Part shown: positions 1-9,188 of the stretch, piece after piece
How the letters are laid out: the number at the start of each line of letters is the position of its first letter
Numbering within the stretch: position 1 is the stretch's first letter
Sequence record: MT028491.1
Strand: one strand, 5' to 3'
DNA length: 64,000 nucleotides
Translations under genes and position numbers: made by a program
Notes under the pieces: generated by a model
Database searches by the model: none
What the model was told of the DNA's origin: nothing
What the model saw: only the letters and a program-made list of their open reading frames with translations

Positions 1-1
1 T

Positions 2-313
2 ATCGAAAAAATTGCGAGTGAAGAATTTTATATTCCTTACTACTCGCCTGTAGATAACAAGATGCATCGATATTTTGTTGACTTAATGGTCAAAACAAAA
101 ACTGGCGAAATTTGGATTATTGAAATTAAACCAGATTCGCAAACTAGACCTCCAAAGAATAGTAAAAGAAAAAAGCAAACTACTTTTCTTCAAGAGGCTC
201 TAACCTATGAGATAAATAATGCAAAGTGGACGGCTGCTAAAGAGTTTTGCCGTAAACGTGGATATAAGTTCTTGATTGCAACAGAATTAGATTTAAAGAA
301 CGTTAGGAATTAA
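2..313 (+). CDS. gp4: head completion nuclease (T4 gp4-like), 5' truncated by the window edge
   Basis: Frame is open from base 2 (IEKIASEEFYIPYYSPVDNKMHRYFVD...IEIKP...N.AKW.AA..FC); typical TnsA-like gp4 motifs; lies next to gp2. Confidence 0.9.
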   Translation: MEKIASEEFYIPYYSPVDNKMHRYFVDLMVKTKTGEIWIIEIKPDSQTRPPKNSKRKKQTTFLQEALTYEINNAKWTAAKEFCRKRGYKFLIATELDLKNVRN

Positions 314-315
314 TT

Positions 316-975
316 ATGGCGTCAATTTTTGGTTCAACTACAACCATTCGTGACATTGTTGAAGATGCTCTTCGCTCCAATGTTAATCTAAGAGATAGAA
401 ATCGCAAAAGCATGTTGTGGCTTGCCGAACGTGCTAGACAGATGAATTCAAGAGCAAACAATGCATCAACCTTTATTCGTGAAGATGGTCACACACTATT
501 GAATAAAGGTAATGAAGGTATCGGTAAAATGTTCCTTTATTTCTATGATGCTAAACATAAAGCAACACTACCATATTATGACCAAGTGCCATGCATATTC
601 GTTCTTGAACGTTATAAGGATGGTTTCTTAGGTCTTAACCTACACTATCTTGCTTATCGCGAGCGCGCCTTTTTGCTGGACGCTTTGTTTGAATTAGAAA
701 ACAATGCAAAGCTTCCTGAGAACAAAAAGTTGCGTTTGCGTTATGCTGTCTTGAAGACAATTAGCCGATCAGAATTGGCTATGCCTTGTATCAAGAGATA
801 TCTTTATTCACAAGTTAGAAGTCGTTTTGTTCGTGTGCCTGCCGATGAATGGCACATTGTTGCAATGCTTCCATATCAGGCTTTCCGCGATGGAAATGGC
901 AAGACTATTCCGGTTCGAAAGGTTTGGGCCGATTCCAGACGTGCCGCCAAAAAGAGACAAAGAAAAGGAAAATAA
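316..975 (+). CDS. gp2: DNA end protector protein (T4 gp2-like)
   Basis: Motifs GKMFLYFYDAKHK..LPYYD..P, GFLGLNLHYL, CIKRYL..QVRSRF. Confidence 0.92.
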   Translation: MASIFGSTTTIRDIVEDALRSNVNLRDRNRKSMLWLAERARQMNSRANNASTFIREDGHTLLNKGNEGIGKMFLYFYDAKHKATLPYYDQVPCIFVLERYKDGFLGLNLHYLAYRERAFLLDALFELENNAKLPENKKLRLRYAVLKTISRSELAMPCIKRYLYSQVRSRFVRVPADEWHIVAMLPYQAFRDGNGKTIPVRKVWADSRRAAKKRQRKGK

Positions 976-1517
976 TGTCAAACATTGATGAATTCCTATC
1001 GGCACTGTCGAAAGGTGGAATATCCAAATCTTCTAACTTTTCGTGCATTGTCACATCACCAACCGGATCAGCCGACGAAATGCGCGACCTTACAATGCGT
1101 ATTGAAGCGGCTGATATTGCCGGTCGAAACACTACAATCTTGGAAGATACTACAGGTGGTTTTCCAACAAAGGTTGTGGTTGGTTCAACAATGAACGAAT
1201 TACCCTTGAGCATTATTCTTTCCGAAGATTTGAAAGAAAAAATCTTTATGGAAAAATGGCAAGACCTTGCTACAGGAAGTTATCGATCTGGAACAATATC
1301 TAAATACATGTATAATCCGGGTTATTATAACGATTATGTAGGTACTGTTTTAGTCTATGTCAAAAATGATATGGGTGATACTACTTACGAAATCGAATAC
1401 GAAAATGCTTTCCCTGCATTGATTGGTAATATTTCTTATTCATGGGAAAACGGACAAGCAATTGCAAAGCTACCTGTGACATTTATATTCAAAAAGTTTA
1501 TAGACAAAACTTTATAA
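975..1517 (+). CDS. tail tube / baseplate tube-initiator family protein (gp19/gp54-like)
   Basis: ATG at 975 overlaps the gp2 stop (TAATG); MFMEKWQD, YYNDYVG, YENAFP..IG.ISYSW, KLPVTF.F resemble the T4 tube-protein fold. Confidence 0.7.
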   Translation: MSNIDEFLSALSKGGISKSSNFSCIVTSPTGSADEMRDLTMRIEAADIAGRNTTILEDTTGGFPTKVVVGSTMNELPLSIILSEDLKEKIFMEKWQDLATGSYRSGTISKYMYNPGYYNDYVGTVLVYVKNDMGDTTYEIEYENAFPALIGNISYSWENGQAIAKLPVTFIFKKFIDKTL

Positions 1518-1536
1518 AGGACTGTGACTTAATACT

Positions 1537-2256
1537 ATGGCGTTACCAAAACTTAGAGTACCTGAATATTTTACTAAACTACCTTCCAATGGAAAAGAAA
1601 TTAAGTTTAGACCTTATCTTGTTGGTGAACAGAAAACACTTCTGGTTGCTATTGAAAGTAAGGACGTAAAAGAAATCTATAACGCAATCTTGAACATTAT
1701 TAACGAATGTATTTTGACTCCGGGCATCAAAGCTGAAAAGCTGGCGTCCTATGATGTTGAATGGCTGTTCATTAAAATGCGCGAACATAGCGTCGGTGGG
1801 CAAATCGCACTTATGCATAATCATGTGGTTGATGAAGAGGAATTTGAAGTCCCTGTTAAAGTCAATCTTGCAAATGTCAAGTACGAAAATCCAAATGTAA
1901 ACAATAAGATTTTGCTTGAAGAAGAAACTGGAATTGGTGTTGTTCTCAAGCATCCAACTCTAGAAATGTCTCTTAAGATATCAGACTTCCAAGAGGAAAT
2001 GTCTCAAACAGAGTTGACATTCAAATTTGTTGAAGAATGCATTGAAAGCATTTTTGATAAAGATGAAGTCTATACAGATTTTCCAGATGGTTATGTTCAT
2101 GAATTTGTCAATAGCATGACCGAAACACAAAGACAGAAAGTAATGGCATTCTTCAAAGATGCTCCATATGTCTATCTAGACATTTCTTATATCTGTCCAA
2201 AGACTAATAATACCATCAATAAACGCTTGTCGGGTATTACCGATTTTTTTATCTAA
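1537..2256 (+). CDS. gp26: baseplate hub subunit / assembly chaperone (T4 gp26-like)
   Basis: MALPKL..PEY..KLPS.GKEIKFRPYLVGEQK.LL.A.ES, YDVEWLFIKMR..SVG, C-terminal L.GITDFF. Confidence 0.88.
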   Translation: MALPKLRVPEYFTKLPSNGKEIKFRPYLVGEQKTLLVAIESKDVKEIYNAILNIINECILTPGIKAEKLASYDVEWLFIKMREHSVGGQIALMHNHVVDEEEFEVPVKVNLANVKYENPNVNNKILLEEETGIGVVLKHPTLEMSLKISDFQEEMSQTELTFKFVEECIESIFDKDEVYTDFPDGYVHEFVNSMTETQRQKVMAFFKDAPYVYLDISYICPKTNNTINKRLSGITDFFI

Positions 2257-2432
2257 CCCAATCCCATGATAGTATCTTCAATTATCTCACTGTGAACTTT
2301 ATTCTAGTTCATGATGAAAAAATTGATCTTGTTACTATTGAAAATATGATTCCATGGGAAAGGGAATATTATATTATGAGTTTGAACAAGCGTATTATGG
2401 AACAGAACCAAAAGGCTCAAAATAATGGCTAA
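2244..2432 (+). CDS. gp51: baseplate hub assembly protein (T4 gp51-like), probably expressed by -1 frameshift from gp26
   Basis: The -1 frame after T TTT TTT (2244-2250) reads FFYLTQSHDSIFNYLTVNFILVHDEKIDLVTIENMIPWEREYYIMSLNKRIMEQNQKAQNNG*; ENMIPWER is a gp51 hallmark; there is no ATG at the start of the homologous region. Confidence 0.75.
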   Translation, partial: FFYLTQSHDSIFNYLTVNFILVHDEKIDLVTIENMIPWEREYYIMSLNKRIMEQNQKAQNNG

Positions 2433-4323
2433 TGAATTGCCAAGGCTTTCTAATACAGATGCTATCAATTCGGGTGATTTTTCAGCCGAATTTAGCAAAC
2501 TCATGGCTGGTTCGTTTGCACGTGCCAACAAGACAATGACGGCTATTAATGCTCGATTCATTGATGACACGATCAAAGTCACTGGCGACATGATTAAGGT
2601 TGATCAAGAGGCATATCAAAAAAGCGTTGATGACCTAAAAAAAGCCTTGACAAATTCGACTTCTATTGGAAATCAACCTTTGAAAGTTGAAATTACCAAC
2701 TACCATTTCATTACCGATAAGCTGGATAATCTTATCGGTAAGATTGACCTTTTGTCACTCAATCAAAATACTCCTATCGTTGACGGAACTCCAACACCAG
2801 AAGAAAACCCAACCAAACCAAAGCCAAAGAATCCAAAAGAAAAGAGACAGGACGAAAACGAAAAGAAAGATCGTTCTTTATTCTCAAAATTTATGTCTTT
2901 CCTTCAACTTGCCGACAATAAGCGTAAGATGAAGGGTGGTGCAATGGATGAAGATTGGCTTAAAAAGGGTGGTGCGCTTGCTTCATTGCTTCTAAATCCT
3001 AGCGAACACGTAAGCGTTATGAGTCGTATGCTTGTAGGAAGACTACTTCTTAAGCTTAATACGTCTCTGTTCTCACTGATCAATGGTATCATTGGAGCAA
3101 CATTCTCAACTCTTGGTGGGCTTACGGCTGTAATCATCGGATCAGTTCTTTCAACTACAATGTTGAAAGCCGGTATTGGTATGCTTGCTAGGGTGTTTTC
3201 CAAAATCAATCCATTAATGTTGATCCTAACCGGATTAGGAACAATGGCCTATGATGCTGTTACTGGTTGGATGAACACAGAAGGTTCAATGGGTGATAAA
3301 GCCATTGGAGCTTTGAAATCCGCTTTCCTAGAAGGTGGTGTTCTTAAGATGACCGGTAAATGGGCCGCAATGGGCGCTACAATTGGTATGATAGGTGGTC
3401 CTGTAGGAAGTCTTGCCGGTGGTATTATCGGCTCTGTAATCGGCCTTGTATTGGGTTTGGTTGGTGGAGATACGATTGCTGCTTGGACTTCGGCTGCATG
3501 GGAATCTCTAAAAGAACTTCCGGGTATGATCTGGAACGGAATTGAGGGGGTTTATAACTGGACAAGACAAAAAGTTCAAGACCTCATTGCATGGTTTCAA
3601 TCTATTCCAGATACCGTTTCAGCTAAGATTGATGAATGGGTGTCTTCTTCGGAAGCATGGGCTAATGAAAATATCATTAATCCTGTTATGACTAAAATCG
3701 ATGAATGGTCTGTGAAGGTACTTGCTTTCTTCCAACCAGCTATCGATTTATTTAACAATGTTTCAAATATGTTAAATGGTATTTCTATTGAGGGTATTCA
3801 AAATACTCTACAAGAATCCATTGATAAATTTTATGAAACATTCGATTGGATCACTGGATCAATTACACGTTGGTTTGATGAAAAGATTGGACAATTGAAG
3901 AACCTAAAAGATCGTATTTTAGGTATCTTTAATTATGGTGAAACTACAGAAGAACTTGACAAAATTGAACCTGTAGAACTTACACCAGAATCAAGAGAGC
4001 GCATGAGAGCTAGAGCCGCAAATATGAATACGTCTCTAGATAGATCATCTTCGGATGGAAACATGCTATTGGATAGCATGAATCTTTATGCGGAAAAAAA
4101 TAAAGAAAGTACCCTATCACGTAATTCCGGTATTAAGCCCGGAACAGAAGCATTGAATGACTACAATGCAGGAATTGCCGCTGCTGGAATTGCAGCTAAC
4201 TTTGTAGATAATTCAAGAACAAGTGTTAATAACACCAGTGTTACAAACGCTTCTAGCACTAGTGTCAATACTCCATTAGGGCCAACGGATAGACAGGGAC
4301 AAAAAGCTAATTTAGGTTATTAA
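2425..4323 (+). CDS. tape-measure / baseplate hub-like protein (gp29 position)
   Basis: 632 aa; Gly/Ala-rich hydrophobic middle; Trp-periodic helical repeats; C-terminal low-complexity N/S/T (VDNSRTSVNNTS); follows gp26/gp51. Confidence 0.65.
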   Translation: MANELPRLSNTDAINSGDFSAEFSKLMAGSFARANKTMTAINARFIDDTIKVTGDMIKVDQEAYQKSVDDLKKALTNSTSIGNQPLKVEITNYHFITDKLDNLIGKIDLLSLNQNTPIVDGTPTPEENPTKPKPKNPKEKRQDENEKKDRSLFSKFMSFLQLADNKRKMKGGAMDEDWLKKGGALASLLLNPSEHVSVMSRMLVGRLLLKLNTSLFSLINGIIGATFSTLGGLTAVIIGSVLSTTMLKAGIGMLARVFSKINPLMLILTGLGTMAYDAVTGWMNTEGSMGDKAIGALKSAFLEGGVLKMTGKWAAMGATIGMIGGPVGSLAGGIIGSVIGLVLGLVGGDTIAAWTSAAWESLKELPGMIWNGIEGVYNWTRQKVQDLIAWFQSIPDTVSAKIDEWVSSSEAWANENIINPVMTKIDEWSVKVLAFFQPAIDLFNNVSNMLNGISIEGIQNTLQESIDKFYETFDWITGSITRWFDEKIGQLKNLKDRILGIFNYGETTEELDKIEPVELTPESRERMRARAANMNTSLDRSSSDGNMLLDSMNLYAEKNKESTLSRNSGIKPGTEALNDYNAGIAAAGIAANFVDNSRTSVNNTSVTNASSTSVNTPLGPTDRQGQKANLGY

Positions 4324-5885
4324 TGCCAAAAATCCATTATGATGAAGATGAAGGTTATAAGGGTAATCCGCTCTTAAGACATGCCGGAGTCAAAATCGAA
4401 GTAACTAAAGAACAACTTATTGAAAAGGCTAAATGTAAATACGACATTCATTATTTTATGAATAACTATGTGTTCATTGAAACACCTAGAGCCGGTATTG
4501 AACAGTTTAAGCCTTACAAATATCAGAAAAATTTGACAGACATTGTTCAAGATGAAACACGTGTTATTGTCAAAATGCCTAGACAGGCAGGGAAATCGAC
4601 AATCCTTGCCGTCATTATTGCACACTATCTGATTTTCAATAGCAACTTCTCAATTCTAATTGCCGCGCATACACGTGAAGCTGCAATTGAATTCATGGAA
4701 CGTATCAAGATTGTTTATCAAAATCTTCCATCTTGGCTTCAATGGGGAGTCAAGAAATGGAACGTTCATTCATTCCGTCTTGAAAACGATAGCCGCGTAC
4801 AGTGCGTTGCTACTTCTAAAGGTGCCGGTCGTGGTTCGTCACGTAACCTTGTTATTCTTGACGAATATGCGTTCGTTGATCAGAACGTTGCAGATGCTTT
4901 CTATGCTTCGATATATCCTACAATTTCCTCAAACCCAACATCAAAATTGGTTATTATTTCTACTCCTAACGGCCTAAATCACTATCATAAAATGTGGGAT
5001 GACGCCGAAAAGGGAGAATCAGAATATCAACCATTCTCAATCAAATGGGATGATGTTGATGGTCGTGATGATGAATTTAAGCGTAAGACCATTTCTGACT
5101 TTGGCTTAGAACGTTGGGAAGTGGAATACGAATGTAAGTTTGCTGGTAAAACAGCATCGCTTATCAATGCCGTTAAGCTAACTTGTCTTGTATCCGATAA
5201 ACCCCAATATCAAGACGATCATGGTTGGACAATGTTCAAACAGCCTGAGAAGGGTAGGACATATGTTATAACCGTTGATACAAGCCGTGGTAAAGGACTG
5301 GACTATCACGCCTTCGTTGTCACTGACATTTCGGAAGAAACGTTTAAAGTCGTTGCTCATTTCCGAAATGATTCCCTAGACACTTTGGCTTACCCTCAAG
5401 TCATTTACAATGCGGCAATAGCGTATAACAATGCATATTTGCTCATTGAATTGAATGATCTTGGAAAACAAGTTTCGGATATTCTCTATAACGAATTCGA
5501 ATATGAAAACCTGTTAGGAACCAAAACACGTGAAAAAAGACAGGTTCTTGTTCCGTTTAATATTTCATCTATGGGTGTTATGACTTCCAAGGTGACAAAG
5601 CGTCTTGGTTGTTCCACACTCAAATCAATGATTGAACGTGACAAGCTTATTGTTAGTTCACGTGATATCATTGCTGAATTGTCGAACTTTGTCCTTGTCG
5701 GAAACAGTTATGAAGCCGACAAGGGTTTTAATGATGACTTGGTTATGTGCCTTGTCAATCTGGCATGGGCATCAACTCAACCGGTCTTTTCAGAACTTGC
5801 CGAAAATTTCTCATTGAAAGATGTCTATAGAGACAATGAATTCTATGATGAAATGCCGGTTGGTTTTTTTGATGATGGAATGTGA
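4323..5885 (+). CDS. terL: terminase large subunit (T4 gp17-like)
   Basis: YKGNPLL N-terminus, Walker A PRQAGKST, Walker B ILDEYAF, nuclease motifs VDTSRG and DDLVM. Confidence 0.97.
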   Translation: MPKIHYDEDEGYKGNPLLRHAGVKIEVTKEQLIEKAKCKYDIHYFMNNYVFIETPRAGIEQFKPYKYQKNLTDIVQDETRVIVKMPRQAGKSTILAVIIAHYLIFNSNFSILIAAHTREAAIEFMERIKIVYQNLPSWLQWGVKKWNVHSFRLENDSRVQCVATSKGAGRGSSRNLVILDEYAFVDQNVADAFYASIYPTISSNPTSKLVIISTPNGLNHYHKMWDDAEKGESEYQPFSIKWDDVDGRDDEFKRKTISDFGLERWEVEYECKFAGKTASLINAVKLTCLVSDKPQYQDDHGWTMFKQPEKGRTYVITVDTSRGKGLDYHAFVVTDISEETFKVVAHFRNDSLDTLAYPQVIYNAAIAYNNAYLLIELNDLGKQVSDILYNEFEYENLLGTKTREKRQVLVPFNISSMGVMTSKVTKRLGCSTLKSMIERDKLIVSSRDIIAELSNFVLVGNSYEADKGFNDDLVMCLVNLAWASTQPVFSELAENFSLKDVYRDNEFYDEMPVGFFDDGM

Positions 5886-5999
5886 TCAGCCAATAAAACG
5901 AATGGCAGAAAACACCAAGGCTGCAAAGACAGGAAGAACACAAAGAGATACGATAAGAGTTTCCTTTGCGTCACGACGATTGTAACAAATAGCCTTCAT
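5886..5999 (-). CDS. small membrane peptide (37 aa)
   Basis: Translated by hand as MKAICYNRRDAKETLIVSLCVLPVFAALVFSAIRFIG*; SD AAGGGAG; has its own promoter; abuts the terL stop tail-to-tail. Confidence 0.55.
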   Translation of the reverse strand: MKAICYNRRDAKETLIVSLCVLPVFAALVFSAIRFIG

Positions 6000-6034
6000 A
6001 ACAAAATCTCCCTTTAGGATTATCAACGTTTATA

Positions 6035-6063
6035 TTGATACCTAATAGGGAGATTAATGTCAA
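6035..6063 (-). promoter_or_regulatory. sigma70-type early promoter
   Basis: TTGACA-17nt-TATCAA on the - strand. Confidence 0.6.
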
Positions 6064-6072
6064 TGTTTATAT

Positions 6073-6106
6073 AAAGAAAAAGAGGGGTTTTTACCCCTCT
6101 TTTTTT
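6073..6106. terminator. intrinsic terminator, potentially bidirectional
   Basis: AGAGGGG-TTTTTA-CCCCTCT flanked by an A-tract and a T-tract. Confidence 0.75.
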
Positions 6107-6381
6107 ATTGTATCTGCCGTTTTAACATCACAAGACAGATTGATAAAATCTACTGTGTCAGATAGAGAAATGCCCTTGACCTTATACAGTTCATTGGCAA
6201 TCTGTTTGGCCTTTTCACAACGCTCAATTTTTACTTGTTCAAGCGAAGCGCGTTCTTGTTTGATATTGTGAATGTAGATCACAAATATGGCCACCAAAAC
6301 GCTAAAAATAATGCCACCAATAACGTTCAAGAACCAAGAGAACATACGCCCTCTATTTTGAGGTTTTTGTTTGGATGTCAT
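6091..6381 (-). CDS. hypothetical membrane protein
   Basis: One N-terminal TM segment followed by a charged helix; SD upstream. Confidence 0.55.
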   Translation of the reverse strand: MTSKQKPQNRGRMFSWFLNVIGGIIFSVLVAIFVIYIHNIKQERASLEQVKIERCEKAKQIANELYKVKGISLSDTVDFINLSCDVKTADTIKKEG

Positions 6382-6438
6382 TTGTTCCTTCCGAATGATT
6401 ATAGGTTATACCCCATACCCATAATCTTATTTATCGTT

Positions 6439-6597
6439 TTACCAGCCCAAAGATCGCATGTATATTGCCACAAACATGATAATTGCGGCTAATATCATCC
6501 AAATAGTTTGAATAATATTACCCTTTATTGATGGGCTATCAGCAACAATTGTTCCAAACAACAATAATGCGCCCATGATAAATGCAATCCAAGTCAT
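6439..6597 (-). CDS. small 2-TM membrane protein (52 aa)
   Basis: Translated by hand as MTWIAFIMGALLLFGTIVADSPSIKGNIIQTIWMILAAIIMFVAIYMRSLGW*; ATG overlaps the upstream stop. Confidence 0.5.
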   Translation of the reverse strand: MTWIAFIMGALLLFGTIVADSPSIKGNIIQTIWMILAAIIMFVAIYMRSLGW

Positions 6598-6812
6598 TTA
6601 TACAATCCCATTATTCCACCAATGCAGACTAAAGTAACCAACATGAATAGAGTGATCACGGTTGATAGAATCAATCCAACAGATGTAGTTGACATAGCAA
6701 ACATGCCTATGCTCCAAACAGCATAGGCCAATCCGATAAGAATCATAACAACAATTTTCATTTTATGATTAGTCAAATCATAGTTCTCCAATTCCACCAT
6801 AGAGTGAGCCAT
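6594..6812 (-). CDS. small 2-TM membrane protein
   Basis: Two hydrophobic segments; tightly packed in the operon; start uncertain. Confidence 0.5.
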   Translation of the reverse strand: MAHSMVELENYDLTNHKMKIVVMILIGLAYAVWSIGMFAMSTTSVGLILSTVITLFMLVTLVCIGGIMGLYK

Positions 6813-7014
6813 CCTTTTGATCCACTCGAAAAATTTCTACATAATCGGCCTTGTGCATAAGCTTCCAATCCATGGCCAGATTATATGCGTGGTCAAAATC
6901 ATCTGCCGAAAGTTCGCTTTCTCCACACCATGTGCGAATACGAACTACAAACGGAAGATCATAATCGGTTCCGTTGATGATTTCCAAACGATCTTCATTG
7001 GTTGCAAAAGCCAT
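6778..7014 (-). CDS. hypothetical protein
   Basis: ORF in a packed - strand operon. Confidence 0.55.
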   Translation of the reverse strand: MAFATNEDRLEIINGTDYDLPFVVRIRTWCGESELSADDFDHAYNLAMDWKLMHKADYVEIFRVDQKDGSLYGGIGEL

Positions 7015-7017
7015 TGC

Positions 7018-7248
7018 TCAAGCCTTTCTTACGATATCGTTGAAGCTTTCCGTACCAGCATACAGACGACCAGACTTATGCCAGCTTTCACTAACACCAC
7101 CAGCATTGTAGAAGCCGTGGCAACCCATATCATGCTTTGTGCTTACGATTGTCACCGTAACAACATCGCCGCAACGGGTAACATATTCACCAGATTCATC
7201 AATAACAACAGGAAGGGAAACCAGTGGGAGAAAGTAAGCTTTTGCCAT
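7018..7248 (-). CDS. hypothetical protein
   Basis: First ORF after the promoter at about 7290-7315; SD AAAGG. Confidence 0.6.
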   Translation of the reverse strand: MAKAYFLPLVSLPVVIDESGEYVTRCGDVVTVTIVSTKHDMGCHGFYNAGGVSESWHKSGRLYAGTESFNDIVRKA

Positions 7249-7286
7249 GTCCGTAACCTTTATGTTAGGTCGTTTTCGATGATTAA

Positions 7287-7354
7287 TATCTATATTAGTT
7301 TAAATGTTAAGTCAACACCTAAAAACAAAAAAAGAGGCCGTTAAGCCTCTTTTT
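7287..7354 (-). promoter_or_regulatory. terminator-plus-early-promoter cassette, copy 1
   Basis: On the - strand: hairpin AGAGGC-TTAACG-GCCTCT, then TTTTTTGTTTTTAGGTG-TTGACT-17nt-TAGATA; near-identical to 29456-29516. Confidence 0.7.
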
Positions 7355-7355
7355 C

Positions 7356-7829
7356 TCATTTTTCTTTCCACTGGTGTTTACGATAGCGTTTCCAGTTGTT
7401 ATTACCAACCGTTGAACACAGAATATCATCCCAAGAATTAGGAAGCTTGCGGCGCTTTCCACGTGTATATTCATCCACGCGAGAACGTTCTTGCTTCGTT
7501 TTCATCTTGGTACGATAATAATTACCAAAACGCCATTTTGCACAACTAATGCCCTCTACAGGACCATCACGAAACTTATAACGCTTTACATAAATCTGAT
7601 TCATACGCTTCTGCCAACGCTTATGAATTTCAGCATTATACTGTTCGTATGCCACTTTCATTTCATAAGGCTGGACATAAACACCATCCTCAAAAACCAA
7701 AACTCGATTGTCGTTTACTTTAATACAACCATCGAAAGTCACTGTTCTATAGGCCCAAAAGCGCATAAGTTCTTGAAAGGTTTCAAAAAACTGGCGAGTG
7801 CCATAGAACGTATTAATCACCTTATACAT
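7356..7829 (-). CDS. hypothetical protein
   Basis: 157 aa basic ORF ending WK..RK.QWK, a common phage hypothetical type. Confidence 0.6.
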   Translation of the reverse strand: MYKVINTFYGTRQFFETFQELMRFWAYRTVTFDGCIKVNDNRVLVFEDGVYVQPYEMKVAYEQYNAEIHKRWQKRMNQIYVKRYKFRDGPVEGISCAKWRFGNYYRTKMKTKQERSRVDEYTRGKRRKLPNSWDDILCSTVGNNNWKRYRKHQWKEK

Positions 7830-7899
7830 TTATTCCTCTTCTAAGCAAGTTGATTACTTAAAAGAATTGCATCCTGATAAACATATATGTTTCCTTTCT

Positions 7900-7983
7900 T
7901 TAGTGTGGAATGCCGATCCAGAGTCCAACAAAGGGAATCGTGAAAGCGGCTGACATCATCAAGATAGCGTAAAACTTAGACAT
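7900..7983 (-). CDS. hydrophobic mini-protein (27 aa)
   Basis: MSKFYAILMMSAAFTIPFVGLWIGIPH*; follows a promoter-like TTGCCA-17nt-TATAAG with SD TAAGG. Confidence 0.4.
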   Translation of the reverse strand: MSKFYAILMMSAAFTIPFVGLWIGIPH

Positions 7984-8031
7984 TTGTAAAGACCTTATGT
8001 TTGTCTTGTTTCGATGACTAAGCTTATACAT

Positions 8032-8166
8032 TCACTTTGAATTTCTGGCAACTAAACACCAAAAACATGATAAACAAATCCCTAATATCAATGGCGACCA
8101 ATCCCATAATGCGAGAGACAAGATAGCCGATACTAGTAAAGTGAATGCCACTTCGTAAATGATCAC
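8032..8166 (-). CDS. small membrane protein (44 aa)
   Basis: GTG start after SD AGGAG; MIIYEVAFTLLVSAILSLALWDWSPLILGICLSCFWCLVARNSK*. Confidence 0.5.
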   Translation of the reverse strand: MIIYEVAFTLLVSAILSLALWDWSPLILGICLSCFWCLVARNSK

Positions 8167-8177
8167 GGTATTCTCCT

Positions 8178-8205
8178 AAAAGAAAAGAGGGACCGAAGCC
8201 CCTCT
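8178..8205 (-). terminator. intrinsic terminator after gp32
   Basis: AGAGGGGC-TTCG-GTCCCTCT-TTTCTTTT; core identical to 31266-31290. Confidence 0.85.
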
Positions 8206-8216
8206 AATCGTTTGTA

Positions 8217-9188
8217 TTATAGGTCTTTTAGAAGGTCGTCCAACTCTTGTTCACCAAGCGAGTCGTCTTCTTCAAGATCGGTGCTTAGCTTAGAGTCGCT
8301 CTTCCCTTCATCAAAACCCGGTAGTTCGTCGTCAAGATCGCGAGCCTGTTCACGAACCGAAGCTGGAGTCGATCCAAGGTCTTTAGCCTTGACTTGTGCA
8401 ACGACATCAGGGCCGAATACACGTTCGATATCCTTGAAAATCTGTTCTTCCGAAGGGTAGAAAGATGGTTCTAGGTACTGACCAAGATCATGCGCCTGAT
8501 TCCAAATTGCTTCAATATCTTCATCGCTATCAGCAATTGCGCCAAAACGATTAGAGAAATTAGAAGCATCGTACTTTGGAACTTCAACAGAATTGCCGTT
8601 GATATCAATCTTTTCCTTAGTGATGATAAGATTGAAATTCGGTGCATTCCAAAGGTCGTAGATATCGATTCCTTCTTCGCCAAGTTCTTCCGGTGGATTC
8701 ATTGCCGCCTTGAGCTTGTCATGCAGCTTTGTACCGAAAGCGTACTTGAAAACCTTGCCTTCGTTAGAAGGGTTGTTCTTATCCTTGACGATATAGACGT
8801 TGGCAACGTACTTAAGCTGTCGCTTTTGTGCACGTGCCTTATTTTCCATGCCAGCATCCCAAAGAAGCTTATTATAGTCCATCATCGGATCAGGCAAGCT
8901 AAGAGTAGAAGGCGAAAGGTTGATGTACCAACGATTGTTTGCCTTGTTCTTAAAGCCATATGAGTAATAATGAACGATGTTCTTGGTATCTTCGCCAAAC
9001 TTTTCGAAGTCGTTCTTCGAAGTTGGAAGGAAACGCATAACAACGGTTGCATTGCCAGCCTTATCATAGGTAGGCTTGAAGAAACCATCATCATCCTTGC
9101 GTTCGTTCTTATTAACGAAAGATTCCTTGTTCTTCTGTAGTAGGGTTTCTTTATTCTTCTTTAGGTATGATAGGGAAATATTGCCCAT
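8217..9188 (-). CDS. gp32: single-stranded DNA binding protein (T4 gp32-like)
   Basis: D.GFFKPTYDKAGNA.VVMRFLP, N..NEGKVFKY.FG.K..DK, acidic C-terminal tail ending LDDLLKDL. Confidence 0.95.
   Translation of the reverse strand: MGNISLSYLKKNKETLLQKNKESFVNKNERKDDDGFFKPTYDKAGNATVVMRFLPTSKNDFEKFGEDTKNIVHYYSYGFKNKANNRWYINLSPSTLSLPDPMMDYNKLLWDAGMENKARAQKRQLKYVANVYIVKDKNNPSNEGKVFKYAFGTKLHDKLKAAMNPPEELGEEGIDIYDLWNAPNFNLIITKEKIDINGNSVEVPKYDASNFSNRFGAIADSDEDIEAIWNQAHDLGQYLEPSFYPSEEQIFKDIERVFGPDVVAQVKAKDLGSTPASVREQARDLDDELPGFDEGKSDSKLSTDLEEDDSLGEQELDDLLKDL

Noticed and set aside
849-974. N-terminal extension of the tube-like ORF given by the track
   Set aside because: Overlaps gp2; the true start is almost certainly the coupled ATG at 975
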